Source of the DNA: an uncultured Clostridia bacterium
GTDB taxonomy: Bacteria > Bacillota > Clostridia > Oscillospirales > Acutalibacteraceae
Length of the DNA: 64,000 nt
Direction: 5' to 3'
Assembly (NCBI GenBank): GCA_937892905.1
Contig: CALBHS010000177.1
Location: 25,286 to 89,285, forward strand
Under the pieces are notes generated by a model. It saw only the letters and a program-made list of their open reading frames with translations. It ran no database searches and had not been told where the DNA came from. This document shows, piece after piece, positions 48,613-58,276 of this stretch. Position 1 is the first letter of the stretch. The number at the start of each line of letters is the position of its first letter. The position numbers were made by a program, and so were the translations under genes.

Positions 48613-50142
48613 TTATTTCTGTTCTGCAGCAGCCTCTGCCATTTCAAGCTCATGAGCCTTATTAAGCTCCTTTGCTGTTTCGGCACGACGAATTGCAAGC
48701 TCCTTATACATTCTTTCTCTTGTTTCGGAGTCAATGTTGTAGAAGAGCTTCGGAATGATACCGACAAGTCCTGTTACTGCCGGAAGAAGAGTTGTCATTG
48801 TAAACAGAAGCCTTTCTGTTCTGTCACTCTGCTGCTTCGGCTTAAGACCCTGCTTGTAACCGATGATACCGAGAAGAGCCGAGCTGAAGCCGTTTGTAAA
48901 GGTTGCAACAAGTTTTCTTGCAAGACCCTTAACAACGCCTGCCATAGCCTCTGTGCGGTAGCCATTCTGCCATTCACCGTAGTCAATAGCCTCATTTCGG
49001 ATTTCCTCCGGAACAACCTTACGCATAGCGTAAACAAAGTTCCAGAGAGTTTCTCTCATCATGAATGCAGCAATCATCGGAACCGTCTTTTTATAATTCT
49101 TGTTTATACTACCGAATAGGTAAACGCCGAGATAGAGGAAGTCGCCCCAGTGAGAACCGACCGCCCACAAAGTTCTCGTTGAGAACTTCTCACGAAGCTT
49201 GTCAACATAAGCATAGGAAGCATATGTAACAAACATTCCGGGAATACCTACGATCAGCTTAGCCGATCCGGCGTTCAGAACGCTGATATAATACAGCGAG
49301 ATATTTGTTCCTACGGCAAACTGACCGAGGAACTCGGAAATTGTCAAAAGCATAAGCGGACGGGATTTGAACAGCGAACCGACCGCGCCCTTGAATGTCG
49401 GCTTTTCAACCGACTGAAGAACTCTTTCTCTAACCTTAAAGGAGAAGAACAGAGCCAAGATGCCTGCGCCGAGCGCAGTGCCGACACCCATGTAAACGAA
49501 CAACGATGTCATCTTAATTTTGAGCTTGTTGTGGTTAACAAGGTCGATGAGAACCGTACATACCTGGTTCGGAATGTTCTCAACAAGGCTTGAGAACAGG
49601 TTCGCCTGGTTGATAAGACGGGTTCTGTCGAAAACGTCGGGTGTAATTGTAGCGATAATACCTGTTTTTGAAATCTCATAAAGCGAAGTCGCCAGGTTTT
49701 GCAGCATTTGCAGCACGAAATACGTTATTATCTTAGGCACATATGTACCCGATGTTTCGGGGAACATGACGGGCATACCCCAGAAAATCATTGCCATGAT
49801 CGTGCCGGGGAGAGCATAGATAATAAGATACGGTTTGAATTTACCGAATCTCGTGTTTGTACGGTCAACAATAGACGCAAGAAACAAATCGTTGATGATG
49901 TCCCAGATGCTGACAACAACGCTGATGATTGCCTGCCACCAATAGGAGATGACGAGAACGTCGGTCAGGTAATATGTCTTGTTCTGATCCAGATTGAAGC
50001 TCTGAGCGATATCGAAAAGAACATAGGTGAAAGTTTCTCTACTTCCGACGTAACGTCTGCCCTTGGGCAGCTTACGCTTGGCAGCCTTCTGCTCCTCCGG
50101 CTCTGCCTGAGAGGTCTGAACTTCTTTAGTTTCAGCAGCCAT
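48613..50142 (-). CDS. MFS transporter, glycoside-pentoside-hexuronide (GPH):cation symporter-like
   Basis: 509 aa, 12 TM helices, with a DRTNTRFGKFKPY loop motif typical of GPH. The N- and C-terminal tails are charged. Confidence 0.8.
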   Translation of the reverse strand: MAAETKEVQTSQAEPEEQKAAKRKLPKGRRYVGSRETFTYVLFDIAQSFNLDQNKTYYLTDVLVISYWWQAIISVVVSIWDIINDLFLASIVDRTNTRFGKFKPYLIIYALPGTIMAMIFWGMPVMFPETSGTYVPKIITYFVLQMLQNLATSLYEISKTGIIATITPDVFDRTRLINQANLFSSLVENIPNQVCTVLIDLVNHNKLKIKMTSLFVYMGVGTALGAGILALFFSFKVRERVLQSVEKPTFKGAVGSLFKSRPLMLLTISEFLGQFAVGTNISLYYISVLNAGSAKLIVGIPGMFVTYASYAYVDKLREKFSTRTLWAVGSHWGDFLYLGVYLFGSINKNYKKTVPMIAAFMMRETLWNFVYAMRKVVPEEIRNEAIDYGEWQNGYRTEAMAGVVKGLARKLVATFTNGFSSALLGIIGYKQGLKPKQQSDRTERLLFTMTTLLPAVTGLVGIIPKLFYNIDSETRERMYKELAIRRAETAKELNKAHELEMAEAAAEQK

Positions 50143-50225
50143 GCTTTACCTCCTTACTGATTTATACAAATTTGCTTTTACATTATAGCACAAATTATAT
50201 TCAACTTGCAACACTTATTTTAATA

Positions 50226-52037
50226 TTATTCGTCAAGTTTCAAAATTGACATAAAGGCTTCCTGCGGAACCTCGACCGTACCGAACTGCCTCATGCGCTT
50301 TTTGCCCTCTTTCTGCTTTTCAAGCAGCTTCTTTTTTCTTGTAATATCGCCGCCATAGCACTTGGCAAGGACATCCTTTCGCATAGCTTTGATCGTTTCA
50401 CGCGCAATAACCTTTCCGCCGACTGCGATCTGCACGGGAATTTCGAACATCTGCCTTGGAATGTTGTCCTTAAGCTTTTCGGCTATCTTCCTTGCTCTTC
50501 CGTAAGCCTTTTCGCTGTGGATAATGAATGACAGCGCGTCTATCATATCGCCGTTAAGAAGAACATCAAGCTTAACAAGGTTGGAACGTGCATAGCCCTC
50601 GATCTCATAATCAAACGAAGCATAGCCCTTTGTCCTCGACTTAAGCACATCAAAGAAATCATAAATAATTTCATTTAACGGCAGATCATAAGCGATGTCC
50701 ACTCGATCGGGAGTAACATATGTCATGTTTTTAAATACTCCGCGGCGCTCCTGACAAAGATCCATAATCGCACCGACATACTCATTCGGAGCATAGATAT
50801 TGGCATTGGTAATCGGCTCTTCGCAGTAGTCGATAAACGCAGGGTCGGGATATTTGGTCGGATTGTCTATTTCAATAACCGAACCGTCGGTCAAATGAAT
50901 TTTATAAACAACGCTCGGAACAGTGGTAACAAGATCAAGGTCATATTCTCTTTCCAGTCGCTCCTGAATTATCTCAAGATGAAGCAATCCGAGAAATCCG
51001 CAGCGAAAACCGAATCCCAAAGCGCCCGATGTTTCAGGTTCAAACGAGAGGGAAGCATCATTAAGCTGAAGCTTACTCAGAGCATCACGCAACGCCTCAT
51101 AATCCGCACCGTCGGCAGGATAAACTCCGCAGAAAACCATCGGATTAACTTTTCTGTAGCCCGGCAAAGCTTCTGTGGCGGGATATTCCGCAGTTGTAAC
51201 CGTGTCGCCGACTCTTGCATCGCCGACTGTTTTAATTGATGCCGTTATATATCCAACCTCGCCGGAAGTAAGCTCCTTTGCCGGCTCCATGGAGGTTGCC
51301 CTCATATAGCCGACCTCGACAACGGTAAACTCAGCTCCCGTTGCCATCATTCTCATCGTGTCGCCGGCTTTAATTTTTCCGTCAACAACACGGACATAAA
51401 CAATAACGCCCTTATAGTTATCATATACCGAATCAAAAACAAGTGCGCGAAGCGGCTTGTCGTCATCAGAATCAAGCGGGGCGGGAATATCGGAAACAAT
51501 TTTTTCAAGCACCGCTTCAACATTTTCGCCTGTCTTTGCCGAAACTCTCGGAGCATCGGAGCAGTCAAGGCCTATAACTTCCTCAACCTCTTCGGCAACG
51601 CGATCCGGATCTGCTGCCGGCAAATCAATCTTGTTTATTATCGGAACAATTTCAAGGTCATGATCCAGCGCAAGGTAAGTATTGGCAAGCGTCTGCGCTT
51701 CAACGCCCTGCGAAGCGTCAACGATCAGCAATGCACCCTCACACGCCGCAAGCGAACGGGAAACCTCATAGTTGAAGTCAACGTGACCCGGTGTGTCAAT
51801 CAAATTGAGTTCGTATTCCTCTCCGTCTTTTGCCTTATAATTAAGCTTAACTGCGTGAGCCTTAATGGTTATGCCTCTCTCCCTTTCGAGATCCATATCA
51901 TCAAGAAGCTGTTCGGTCATGTCGCGGACAGCAACGGATTCCGTCAGCTCAAGCAAACGGTCGGCAAGAGTTGACTTGCCGTGGTCAATATGAGCAATTA
52001 TTGAAAAATTTCTGATGTGATCCTTTTTAATTGCCAA
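50226..52037 (-). CDS. lepA: Translation elongation factor 4 (LepA)
   Basis: [20 protein letters not shown] and DTPGHVDF motifs plus the LepA C-terminal domain. TTG start with an AGGGGTGA SD. Confidence 0.97.
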   Translation of the reverse strand: MAIKKDHIRNFSIIAHIDHGKSTLADRLLELTESVAVRDMTEQLLDDMDLERERGITIKAHAVKLNYKAKDGEEYELNLIDTPGHVDFNYEVSRSLAACEGALLIVDASQGVEAQTLANTYLALDHDLEIVPIINKIDLPAADPDRVAEEVEEVIGLDCSDAPRVSAKTGENVEAVLEKIVSDIPAPLDSDDDKPLRALVFDSVYDNYKGVIVYVRVVDGKIKAGDTMRMMATGAEFTVVEVGYMRATSMEPAKELTSGEVGYITASIKTVGDARVGDTVTTAEYPATEALPGYRKVNPMVFCGVYPADGADYEALRDALSKLQLNDASLSFEPETSGALGFGFRCGFLGLLHLEIIQERLEREYDLDLVTTVPSVVYKIHLTDGSVIEIDNPTKYPDPAFIDYCEEPITNANIYAPNEYVGAIMDLCQERRGVFKNMTYVTPDRVDIAYDLPLNEIIYDFFDVLKSRTKGYASFDYEIEGYARSNLVKLDVLLNGDMIDALSFIIHSEKAYGRARKIAEKLKDNIPRQMFEIPVQIAVGGKVIARETIKAMRKDVLAKCYGGDITRKKKLLEKQKEGKKRMRQFGTVEVPQEAFMSILKLDE

Positions 52038-52108
52038 AATATCACCCCTGTGACAAAGTATATAAAACCTCAGTAACCGCCGACTTAACCTTGCTAAACC
52101 GGTGGTTA

Positions 52109-52145
52109 CTTAAAGAAGACAGGCTATTTAATCCGATAGCCTGTC
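52109..52145 (-). terminator. Hairpin terminating the EPS operon
   Basis: 10-bp stem GACAGGCTAT/ATAGCCTGTC, 9 nt after the aminotransferase stop. The trailing tract is only weakly T-rich. Confidence 0.5.
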
Positions 52146-52153
52146 CGGGTTAA

Positions 52154-53293
52154 TTATTTATTTTCAAAAACGCTTCTGAAGACAGCAGCAACTCTTTCGA
52201 GGTCCTCCTCGGTCATTGCCGTTCCGGACGGCATACATATACCGCGGCGGAAAACATCGTTGCCGACGCTTTCGCCTTCCTTGCAGCTGATGAAATCCAT
52301 CTCGGAGAAAATCGGCTGATTGTGCATCGGGTTCCAAGCACGTCTTGATTCTATGTTATCGTTCTCAAGAGCCTTAATTATATCGTCCGGTGTAACATTG
52401 CAGCCCTCATCTATTGTTATAACGCTGAGCCAGAAATTCGGCTGACAGCCCTCAAGCACCGGGGCCATCGTTACCGGAAGATCGGCAAAAGCTTTTTTAT
52501 AGAACTCATAGTTGCGAACTCTCGCCGCAATTCTTTCGTCCATATTTTTAAGCTGTCCTCTGCCGATGCCTGCACATATATTGGACATTCTGTAATTGTA
52601 TCCGATTTCATTATGGAGATAATAATTGACGTTTTCCTTAGACTGGTTTGACCAGAAGTGTATCTTTTCAATCGCGTCGGGATCATCCGAAAGAGCCATT
52701 CCGCCGCCGGAAGTCGTCACAATTTTATTTCCGTTAAAAGAGAGTGCGCTCACTTTTCCGAAAGTTCCGCACTTTCTTCCCTTATATGTAGTACCGAGAG
52801 CCTCGGCAGCGTCCTCCAAAACAGGAACATTATATTTCTCGCACAAAGGAAGAATCTTATCATAATTTGCACTGTTGCCGTAAAGATCAACAACAATAAC
52901 CGCCTTCGGGAGTCTGCCCATTGCGTCATATTTTTCAAAAGCAGCTTTCAGGGCATTCGGATCCATGTTGAAGCTCTCGTAGTCGGAATCAATAAATACA
53001 AGCTCCGCTCCGAGGTAAGCAACAGGATTACAGCTTCCCGAAAATGTGAAATCGGAGCAGAACACAATATCCCCGCGGCCAACGCCGAGATATTTTAGTC
53101 CCATGTGTATTGCACCGGTACCCGAAGAGAGCGCAACGCTGTACTTTGAGCCGACGTATTCACACATTTCCTTTTCAAATCCTGTAAGATTCGGACCGAA
53201 GGGGGAGATCCAGTTTGTCTGAAATGCCTCATTAATAAATTCAATCTCCGTTCCGTTCATGCACGGAGGGGATAGATAGATTCTTTTGTTCAT
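52154..53293 (-). CDS. DegT/DnrJ/EryC1/StrS family sugar aminotransferase (PglE/WcfR-like)
   Basis: PLP-dependent fold with typical blocks (SSGTGAIHMGL, DFTFSGS, NGNKIVTTSGGGM). Start placed at ATG 53293; a GTG at 53302 is also possible. Confidence 0.88.
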   Translation of the reverse strand: MNKRIYLSPPCMNGTEIEFINEAFQTNWISPFGPNLTGFEKEMCEYVGSKYSVALSSGTGAIHMGLKYLGVGRGDIVFCSDFTFSGSCNPVAYLGAELVFIDSDYESFNMDPNALKAAFEKYDAMGRLPKAVIVVDLYGNSANYDKILPLCEKYNVPVLEDAAEALGTTYKGRKCGTFGKVSALSFNGNKIVTTSGGGMALSDDPDAIEKIHFWSNQSKENVNYYLHNEIGYNYRMSNICAGIGRGQLKNMDERIAARVRNYEFYKKAFADLPVTMAPVLEGCQPNFWLSVITIDEGCNVTPDDIIKALENDNIESRRAWNPMHNQPIFSEMDFISCKEGESVGNDVFRRGICMPSGTAMTEEDLERVAAVFRSVFENK

Positions 53294-53316
53294 CTGATAC
53301 ACTTCTTTTCAGAAAA

Positions 53317-55065
53317 TTATTCGTTATCAATCTTGTTGCCCTTGTCAGGCTCTTGCTTTTGAGAAGTATTTCCGTAGCCATAACCGCCGTAACCGTAGCC
53401 GCCGTAACCGTAGCCGCCGTAGCCGTAATTGTTTCCGTAACCATAGCCATAACCGCCGTTTCCATAGCCATAACCACCGTAGCCGTAACCGCCGTAGCCA
53501 TAGCCGCCGTAACCGTAGCCGCCGCCATAGCCGTATCCGCCTGACTTTTTCTTCTTGCGGCCGTATCTGCCATAGTATCCGCCGTAACGAAGGTAGCCCT
53601 TACGTCTGTAATATCTGCTGTTTTCTTCACCGGCACTCATTGTAAATACCGCACCGAAAATCTCAATATCCGCACTTCTGATTTCATCAAGAGTACGGTT
53701 GATCTCAGTAACCTTGGCATAGTCGCGGCGAATACTGTATATGATTCCGTCGGCAAGAGGAGCAATAACAAGGCTGTCCGATACAACGTGAGCCGGCGGA
53801 GAATCTATGATAATATAATCGAATTCCTTTCTCGCCTGTTCAATAACCGCTTTAACCTTATCCGTGTCAAGAACCTCCGTTGACTTAAGTGATATTCCTC
53901 CTGTCGGAAGCACAAAAATACCGAGAGATTTAATGAACTTTATTGAATCAACATACGTTGATGTTCCCTTGATTATAGGAATAAGACCGTATCGTGTATC
54001 GCTCTTAACGCCGACCGCGTGCAAAACGGCAGGTTTTCTGAGGTCACTGTCTATAAGCAGTACCGACTTTCCTTTCTGAGCAAGGGAACAGGCAATATTT
54101 ACCGAAACGGTCGTTTTTCCTTCGTCCTCGTAGGTACTTGTAATAACAAAGACCTTATGACCCTTTTCCGCCTTGATATTCTCTATCTTTGTTCTTATCG
54201 CCTTAAAGCTCTCAACAAAAGCAAAGCTGACCTTTGATGTATCTGTTATAAGCAGCGATCCCTGCGGCGATTTTTTCTTTTGATTAAACAGTCCGGATCT
54301 CTTTTCGAGCAGGGGAACCGAACCGAGAACAGTAACGTTAATATCACGCCTCATGTTGTCGAGCGTAAGAACCGTATTTGTGGTAATTGTAATAATAAAG
54401 ATAATAAATGCAACTATTACTACGCCGAGTGCAAAGCCATAAACCGCTTTTTTCGTAGCGTCATCCGAATTGACTATTGACGGAGCGGTGGGATTCTTGA
54501 TCAGTTTGATAGAAATGGTATTATCGTAACTTTGAACATATTCCGGGAACTTTTCCAGTACAACCTTTAAGGCTCTTTCACAGTAGCCTTGATCCGTGCT
54601 TGTAACATTAACCGTAAAAAATCCGCCGATACCGGTATCCTCAATAGAAAGACTGTTTTCGACAAATGACGTTGAATACTCTTTTCCGACCTCATCGTTC
54701 GCCAGGGTGTTCTGTATCGTTGAAAGCATTTCGCTTCCCTTGATAAGATATTGATAATATGCGATCTGATTATTTGAAGAAAATTTCGTTTCCTGTTTAT
54801 ATTGTGTTGTTGAATCCTTACTGTTTGAATAGTCCTTAACAATAACATATTGAGTTGACATAAAACCCAGCGTCATTGACGCTCTGTAGGTTTCGACATA
54901 GGTTGCTTTGGCGATTGCAAATGCCGCACCGGAAAAGACCGCACCGACAAGCAGCATGATCCAAAGTTTTGAAATAAGATTCTTTGCCAGTCTGCCCATA
55001 TCGAGCGTGGGACCGGATTCGTTATAATATATACTCTTACCTACATCGAGTTCCTGCATTTCCAA
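53317..55065 (-). CDS. Fused polysaccharide co-polymerase (Wzz-like) / BY-tyrosine kinase with a very long Gly-Tyr C-terminal tail
   Basis: Two TM helices flank a periplasmic-type Wzz domain. The CpsD/CapB-type kinase has Walker A STYEDEGKTT, Walker A-prime LLIDSDLRKP and Walker B DYIIIDSPP. The C-terminal cluster has about 28 Tyr. Confidence 0.85.
   Translation of the reverse strand: MEMQELDVGKSIYYNESGPTLDMGRLAKNLISKLWIMLLVGAVFSGAAFAIAKATYVETYRASMTLGFMSTQYVIVKDYSNSKDSTTQYKQETKFSSNNQIAYYQYLIKGSEMLSTIQNTLANDEVGKEYSTSFVENSLSIEDTGIGGFFTVNVTSTDQGYCERALKVVLEKFPEYVQSYDNTISIKLIKNPTAPSIVNSDDATKKAVYGFALGVVIVAFIIFIITITTNTVLTLDNMRRDINVTVLGSVPLLEKRSGLFNQKKKSPQGSLLITDTSKVSFAFVESFKAIRTKIENIKAEKGHKVFVITSTYEDEGKTTVSVNIACSLAQKGKSVLLIDSDLRKPAVLHAVGVKSDTRYGLIPIIKGTSTYVDSIKFIKSLGIFVLPTGGISLKSTEVLDTDKVKAVIEQARKEFDYIIIDSPPAHVVSDSLVIAPLADGIIYSIRRDYAKVTEINRTLDEIRSADIEIFGAVFTMSAGEENSRYYRRKGYLRYGGYYGRYGRKKKKSGGYGYGGGYGYGGYGYGGYGYGGYGYGNGGYGYGYGNNYGYGGYGYGGYGYGGYGYGNTSQKQEPDKGNKIDNE
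53368..53544 (-). repeat. Coding microsatellite-like GGY/GY repeat (59 codons)
   Basis: Reiterated GGCTACGGx units visible as ccgtaaccgtagccgccgta... on the plus strand. It produces spurious A/T/V-rich ORFs in other frames. Confidence 0.8.
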
Positions 55066-55114
55066 ATCAACTCCATTTTATTAATTATAGTTTAAAATTT
55101 GCAATTAGTCAACA

Positions 55115-55873
55115 TCAAAAGCCCCTTTTGTATATTTCTCCTCTGTTTACGAGCGGAACTTCCTTGTTTGTAAGCACGCATTTTGCTGCATCATGAACCA
55201 TCATCTGCATATTGAACTGACTGATATCGGGAGGGAAGAAATTCATCATTTTCATAAGATCGTTCATTCTGTAGTGGGTCGAATGAGCATCCGTCGCAAT
55301 AAACGACGCTGCGCCGGCATATGCCATCGCATAAGCAAGCTCAAATTCCTGCGGTCCGTCAAGGCTTGCAAGGCTGGAGGCATTTATCTGGAACAGAACT
55401 CCGTTTCTTATTAAAGCATTGACCGCGTCATAATCAAACTGAAAATACTCGTATCTCTCCGGATGAGCAATTATGGGTATAAGTCCCATGTCAATAATTG
55501 TGTTGAGATATCCTATTATTCTTTTCATCGAAACATTCTTAAATGCAAATTCAATGAGAACATATCGGCTGCCGTTAATTGCAAGTCTTTTGAGATCCGT
55601 TGCAAAGAAAATATCGTCATCAACATATATCTCCGCTCCGGGATAAAGCGTTATTCCGAGATCAAGGTTTCGGACAATACCCTGAAGCTCCCTGATCTTA
55701 TCATTTCTGACTCTGACAAAATTATCTATATCGCCCATCGTAGTTATATGCGGAGTGCAAACAATATGTTTAATTCCGTTTTGCCCGGCAATTCTGCACA
55801 TTTGCACGGACATATCCATATTTTTAGATCCGTCATCCATTCCCGGAAGAATGTGGCAATGCAAATCAATCAT
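55115..55873 (-). CDS. CpsB/YwqE-type protein-tyrosine phosphatase (PHP family)
   Basis: The MIDLHCHILPGMDDGS N-terminus and later metal-binding His motifs. Confidence 0.88.
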   Translation of the reverse strand: MIDLHCHILPGMDDGSKNMDMSVQMCRIAGQNGIKHIVCTPHITTMGDIDNFVRVRNDKIRELQGIVRNLDLGITLYPGAEIYVDDDIFFATDLKRLAINGSRYVLIEFAFKNVSMKRIIGYLNTIIDMGLIPIIAHPERYEYFQFDYDAVNALIRNGVLFQINASSLASLDGPQEFELAYAMAYAGAASFIATDAHSTHYRMNDLMKMMNFFPPDISQFNMQMMVHDAAKCVLTNKEVPLVNRGEIYKRGF

Positions 55874-55901
55874 ATCAAGCCATCCTTTGTCAAAATAACT
55901 C

Positions 55902-57065
55902 TTATTGCTCTTTGTTCAATATATTGTCGGCAGCAATCGCAAAGCCCTGTGCGGCAGGCACAATGCAAAGCTTTTCCGAATAAAAGCCGATTCCGTGTGT
56001 GTCACCCTGTGAAAAATCCACAATTCCGTTTCTTCTTGTTACGGACCTGAGTTTTTCCCTCATCTTGAGTGCAAGCTCTTTATATTCTTCGTTTTTTAAC
56101 AGATCTGCCAGATAAGCATAGCAATATGCAAGCATCGCACACGCCGAGCTGTCCTGCGTTGAAAAGCTTATCACTATTCTGTCAACGGTACCGTCATCAT
56201 GAATATATTTCTTCAAGGCTTCAAAAAACTCCATTGAAATTTTAAGAAGTTCAGCCTTTTCCTTGTTGTATCCGTCTGTTTCGAGCAAGGCACGCAAGCT
56301 GTCAACGAGTCCGATTCCCCACCAGGCACATCCTCTGCCCCAACCGCATATGCCAAGCGGTTCAAGCGAGCCTTCGCAAAAGCCATGGAAAGGAAGTTTT
56401 GTTGTTTTATCAATTCCGTTTTCACGGTATTCTCTTATTTGTTTAACGGCAAGATCAATATACTCTTTTTCATTATAAGTAATAGCATATTTTATAAGAA
56501 ACGGACAAGCCATTCCCACCGTGTCAACAAGCCTGTATTTCGGAAAAGACTCGTTATACGGGATCGTACCGTTCTTTTCCGCAGAAATCTTAAGCATATA
56601 TGCGGCATTCTCCATCGCAGGCTTGATCTCTTTGCTGTCAACATACTTGCTTGACAAAAGCTCATAGCAAAGCATTGCACTGTCCATTCTTTTCGGCAAA
56701 ACCTTCCATTCACCGTCTTCTACCGGAATGTATCTCGTTGCAAGGAGTCTGACTTCCGTTTCAACATTTTCATCCATGCCGTTTGCCGCTTTCAAAAGAG
56801 AGGCGTCCTGCCAATACATCACGGAAGTAATTTTTCCGTAGTCATTTATCTTTTTTATAAAGCTGATTTTTCTGTTGTCATTTATTAAAACCTCAGGCGC
56901 ACCTTTTTCCATCCAACGCAGAAGGATTTTCCGTGTTTTTTTATGCCACTCGGATTCGGCAAGCTGTCCGATTTTTATACGTCCGAGCCATGTAAAAAAT
57001 TCTTCCCACCTATCATAGCCGAGAACAGCTATTACAATTAAAAGCAGTATCACAATTATAGTCAT
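55902..57065 (-). CDS. Membrane-anchored glycoside hydrolase family 88/105-like (six-hairpin) protein
   Basis: An N-terminal TM helix, then DTVGMACPFL, GWGRGCAWWGIGL and QDSSACAM, which resemble the Glyco_hydro_88 blocks. Not verified by an HMM. Confidence 0.5.
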   Translation of the reverse strand: MTIIVILLLIVIAVLGYDRWEEFFTWLGRIKIGQLAESEWHKKTRKILLRWMEKGAPEVLINDNRKISFIKKINDYGKITSVMYWQDASLLKAANGMDENVETEVRLLATRYIPVEDGEWKVLPKRMDSAMLCYELLSSKYVDSKEIKPAMENAAYMLKISAEKNGTIPYNESFPKYRLVDTVGMACPFLIKYAITYNEKEYIDLAVKQIREYRENGIDKTTKLPFHGFCEGSLEPLGICGWGRGCAWWGIGLVDSLRALLETDGYNKEKAELLKISMEFFEALKKYIHDDGTVDRIVISFSTQDSSACAMLAYCYAYLADLLKNEEYKELALKMREKLRSVTRRNGIVDFSQGDTHGIGFYSEKLCIVPAAQGFAIAADNILNKEQ

Positions 57066-57075
57066 TTGATTTGCC

Positions 57076-58263
57076 TCACCCGTTAATTATATTATAAAGT
57101 TTATTCAATTCCTCTTCATTACCGATCTTTTCTTTTTTCAGATTCTCACTCAGCTTTTCCCTTTCTTCCGATCGGTCTATAAGCTTTTCTATTTTATCAG
57201 CCATATCAATTTTATTCATTTGACAAACAATTCCGTTAACGCCGTTATTAATCTGATCGCGGACTGTCGAAAAATCCGTAACCACTATCGGACGGCAAAG
57301 ACATTTTGCTTCATCAATCGCAATTGATTTACCCTCATAAAGGGACGGCTGAACATAGATGTCGCATTGTCCGATATACGGGTACGGCTCCGATTTTTCT
57401 CCGAGCAGAATAAAGACATTATCAAGTCCGCTGTCGGAAATTTGATTCTTAATCTGTTCTTTTAACGGTCCGTCACCGATATGATACCATTTAACTTTTT
57501 TCTTTCTGCGTACAAGCTCGGCGCAAGCGTCAACGGCAAGAGAAATATTCTTCTGCTCAAAAAATCTGCCGACCGTACAAATAATTATATCACTGTTTCG
57601 GTCGGGATACGCATTAAATCTTGCACTTTCTTTTTTTATAATTTCTCCGCTTGTTATGTTTTCAACAACGCAAAGTTTTTCTGTGAACTCCGGAAAATTA
57701 TGTAACAGACTTTGCAAGCACTTCTCGGAAACGGTCACAATTTCATCTGCTTTTTCAAATGTTTTTCTGCAAATTTTTATACTGAGTCCAAGCTTTTCAA
57801 TATCATTATGAACATAACATATTTTTCGCGAAGCATTTACGTTTTCAACAACAAAACGGTTTGCATTTCCCTCAAGATATCCTATTGCACAGTCGTATTT
57901 TTTATTAATTTTCGGAAGCTGTTTTTTTAAATATTTCCACTGTTGTTCCTCGGCTTTTTCATTGTCATTTTCAGCTGAAATTTTTGAATACTTCCATCTG
58001 TCTGCCGCCGAGGAGAACATTCCTTTTTTCAGGAAATATTTTACCGCCGCAACCGCGTCACCGTCAAACATCTCATAGCTTTCGTTACCGCCGATTATGT
58101 TGACGCTGTCGGGAATTTTCTCAAAGAACAATCCGTCATGGCGAAAACAAAGCAAGTCCACATCGTATTTATCATAGTCAAAAAGTGTAAGCACTGTCAG
58201 CAGACTTTTTTCTGCGCCTCCGCTTCGCATTGAGGGAATAACAAAAAGTATTTGCTTTTTCAA
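57076..58263 (-). CDS. Glycosyltransferase family 4 (GT-B)
   Basis: ILFVIPSMRSGGAEKS N-terminus and a C-terminal E-x7-E-like region (PSLYEGKSIAIDEA). Start placed at TTG 58263 (GGGAG SD) to avoid a 38-nt overlap. Confidence 0.8.
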   Translation of the reverse strand: MKKQILFVIPSMRSGGAEKSLLTVLTLFDYDKYDVDLLCFRHDGLFFEKIPDSVNIIGGNESYEMFDGDAVAAVKYFLKKGMFSSAADRWKYSKISAENDNEKAEEQQWKYLKKQLPKINKKYDCAIGYLEGNANRFVVENVNASRKICYVHNDIEKLGLSIKICRKTFEKADEIVTVSEKCLQSLLHNFPEFTEKLCVVENITSGEIIKKESARFNAYPDRNSDIIICTVGRFFEQKNISLAVDACAELVRRKKKVKWYHIGDGPLKEQIKNQISDSGLDNVFILLGEKSEPYPYIGQCDIYVQPSLYEGKSIAIDEAKCLCRPIVVTDFSTVRDQINNGVNGIVCQMNKIDMADKIEKLIDRSEEREKLSENLKKEKIGNEEELNKLYNIING

Positions 58264-58276
58264 GCTACCACTCCCG

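Noticed and set aside
48122-48767. ORFs 48122..48343 (-), 48143..48340 (+) and 48507..48767 (-) in the spacer upstream of the S10 operon.
   Set aside because: They have no ribosome-binding sites and overlap terminator hairpins or the 3-prime end of the transporter gene. Their composition is that of AT-rich non-coding DNA.
53241-53636. ORFs 53241..53636 (-) and 53353..53544 (+) encoding Ala/Thr/Val-rich repeats (ATAVTATVV...).
   Set aside because: They are alternative-frame and antisense readings of the GGY-repeat DNA inside the BY-kinase gene. They have no SD, and the kinase frame is continuous with conserved Walker motifs.
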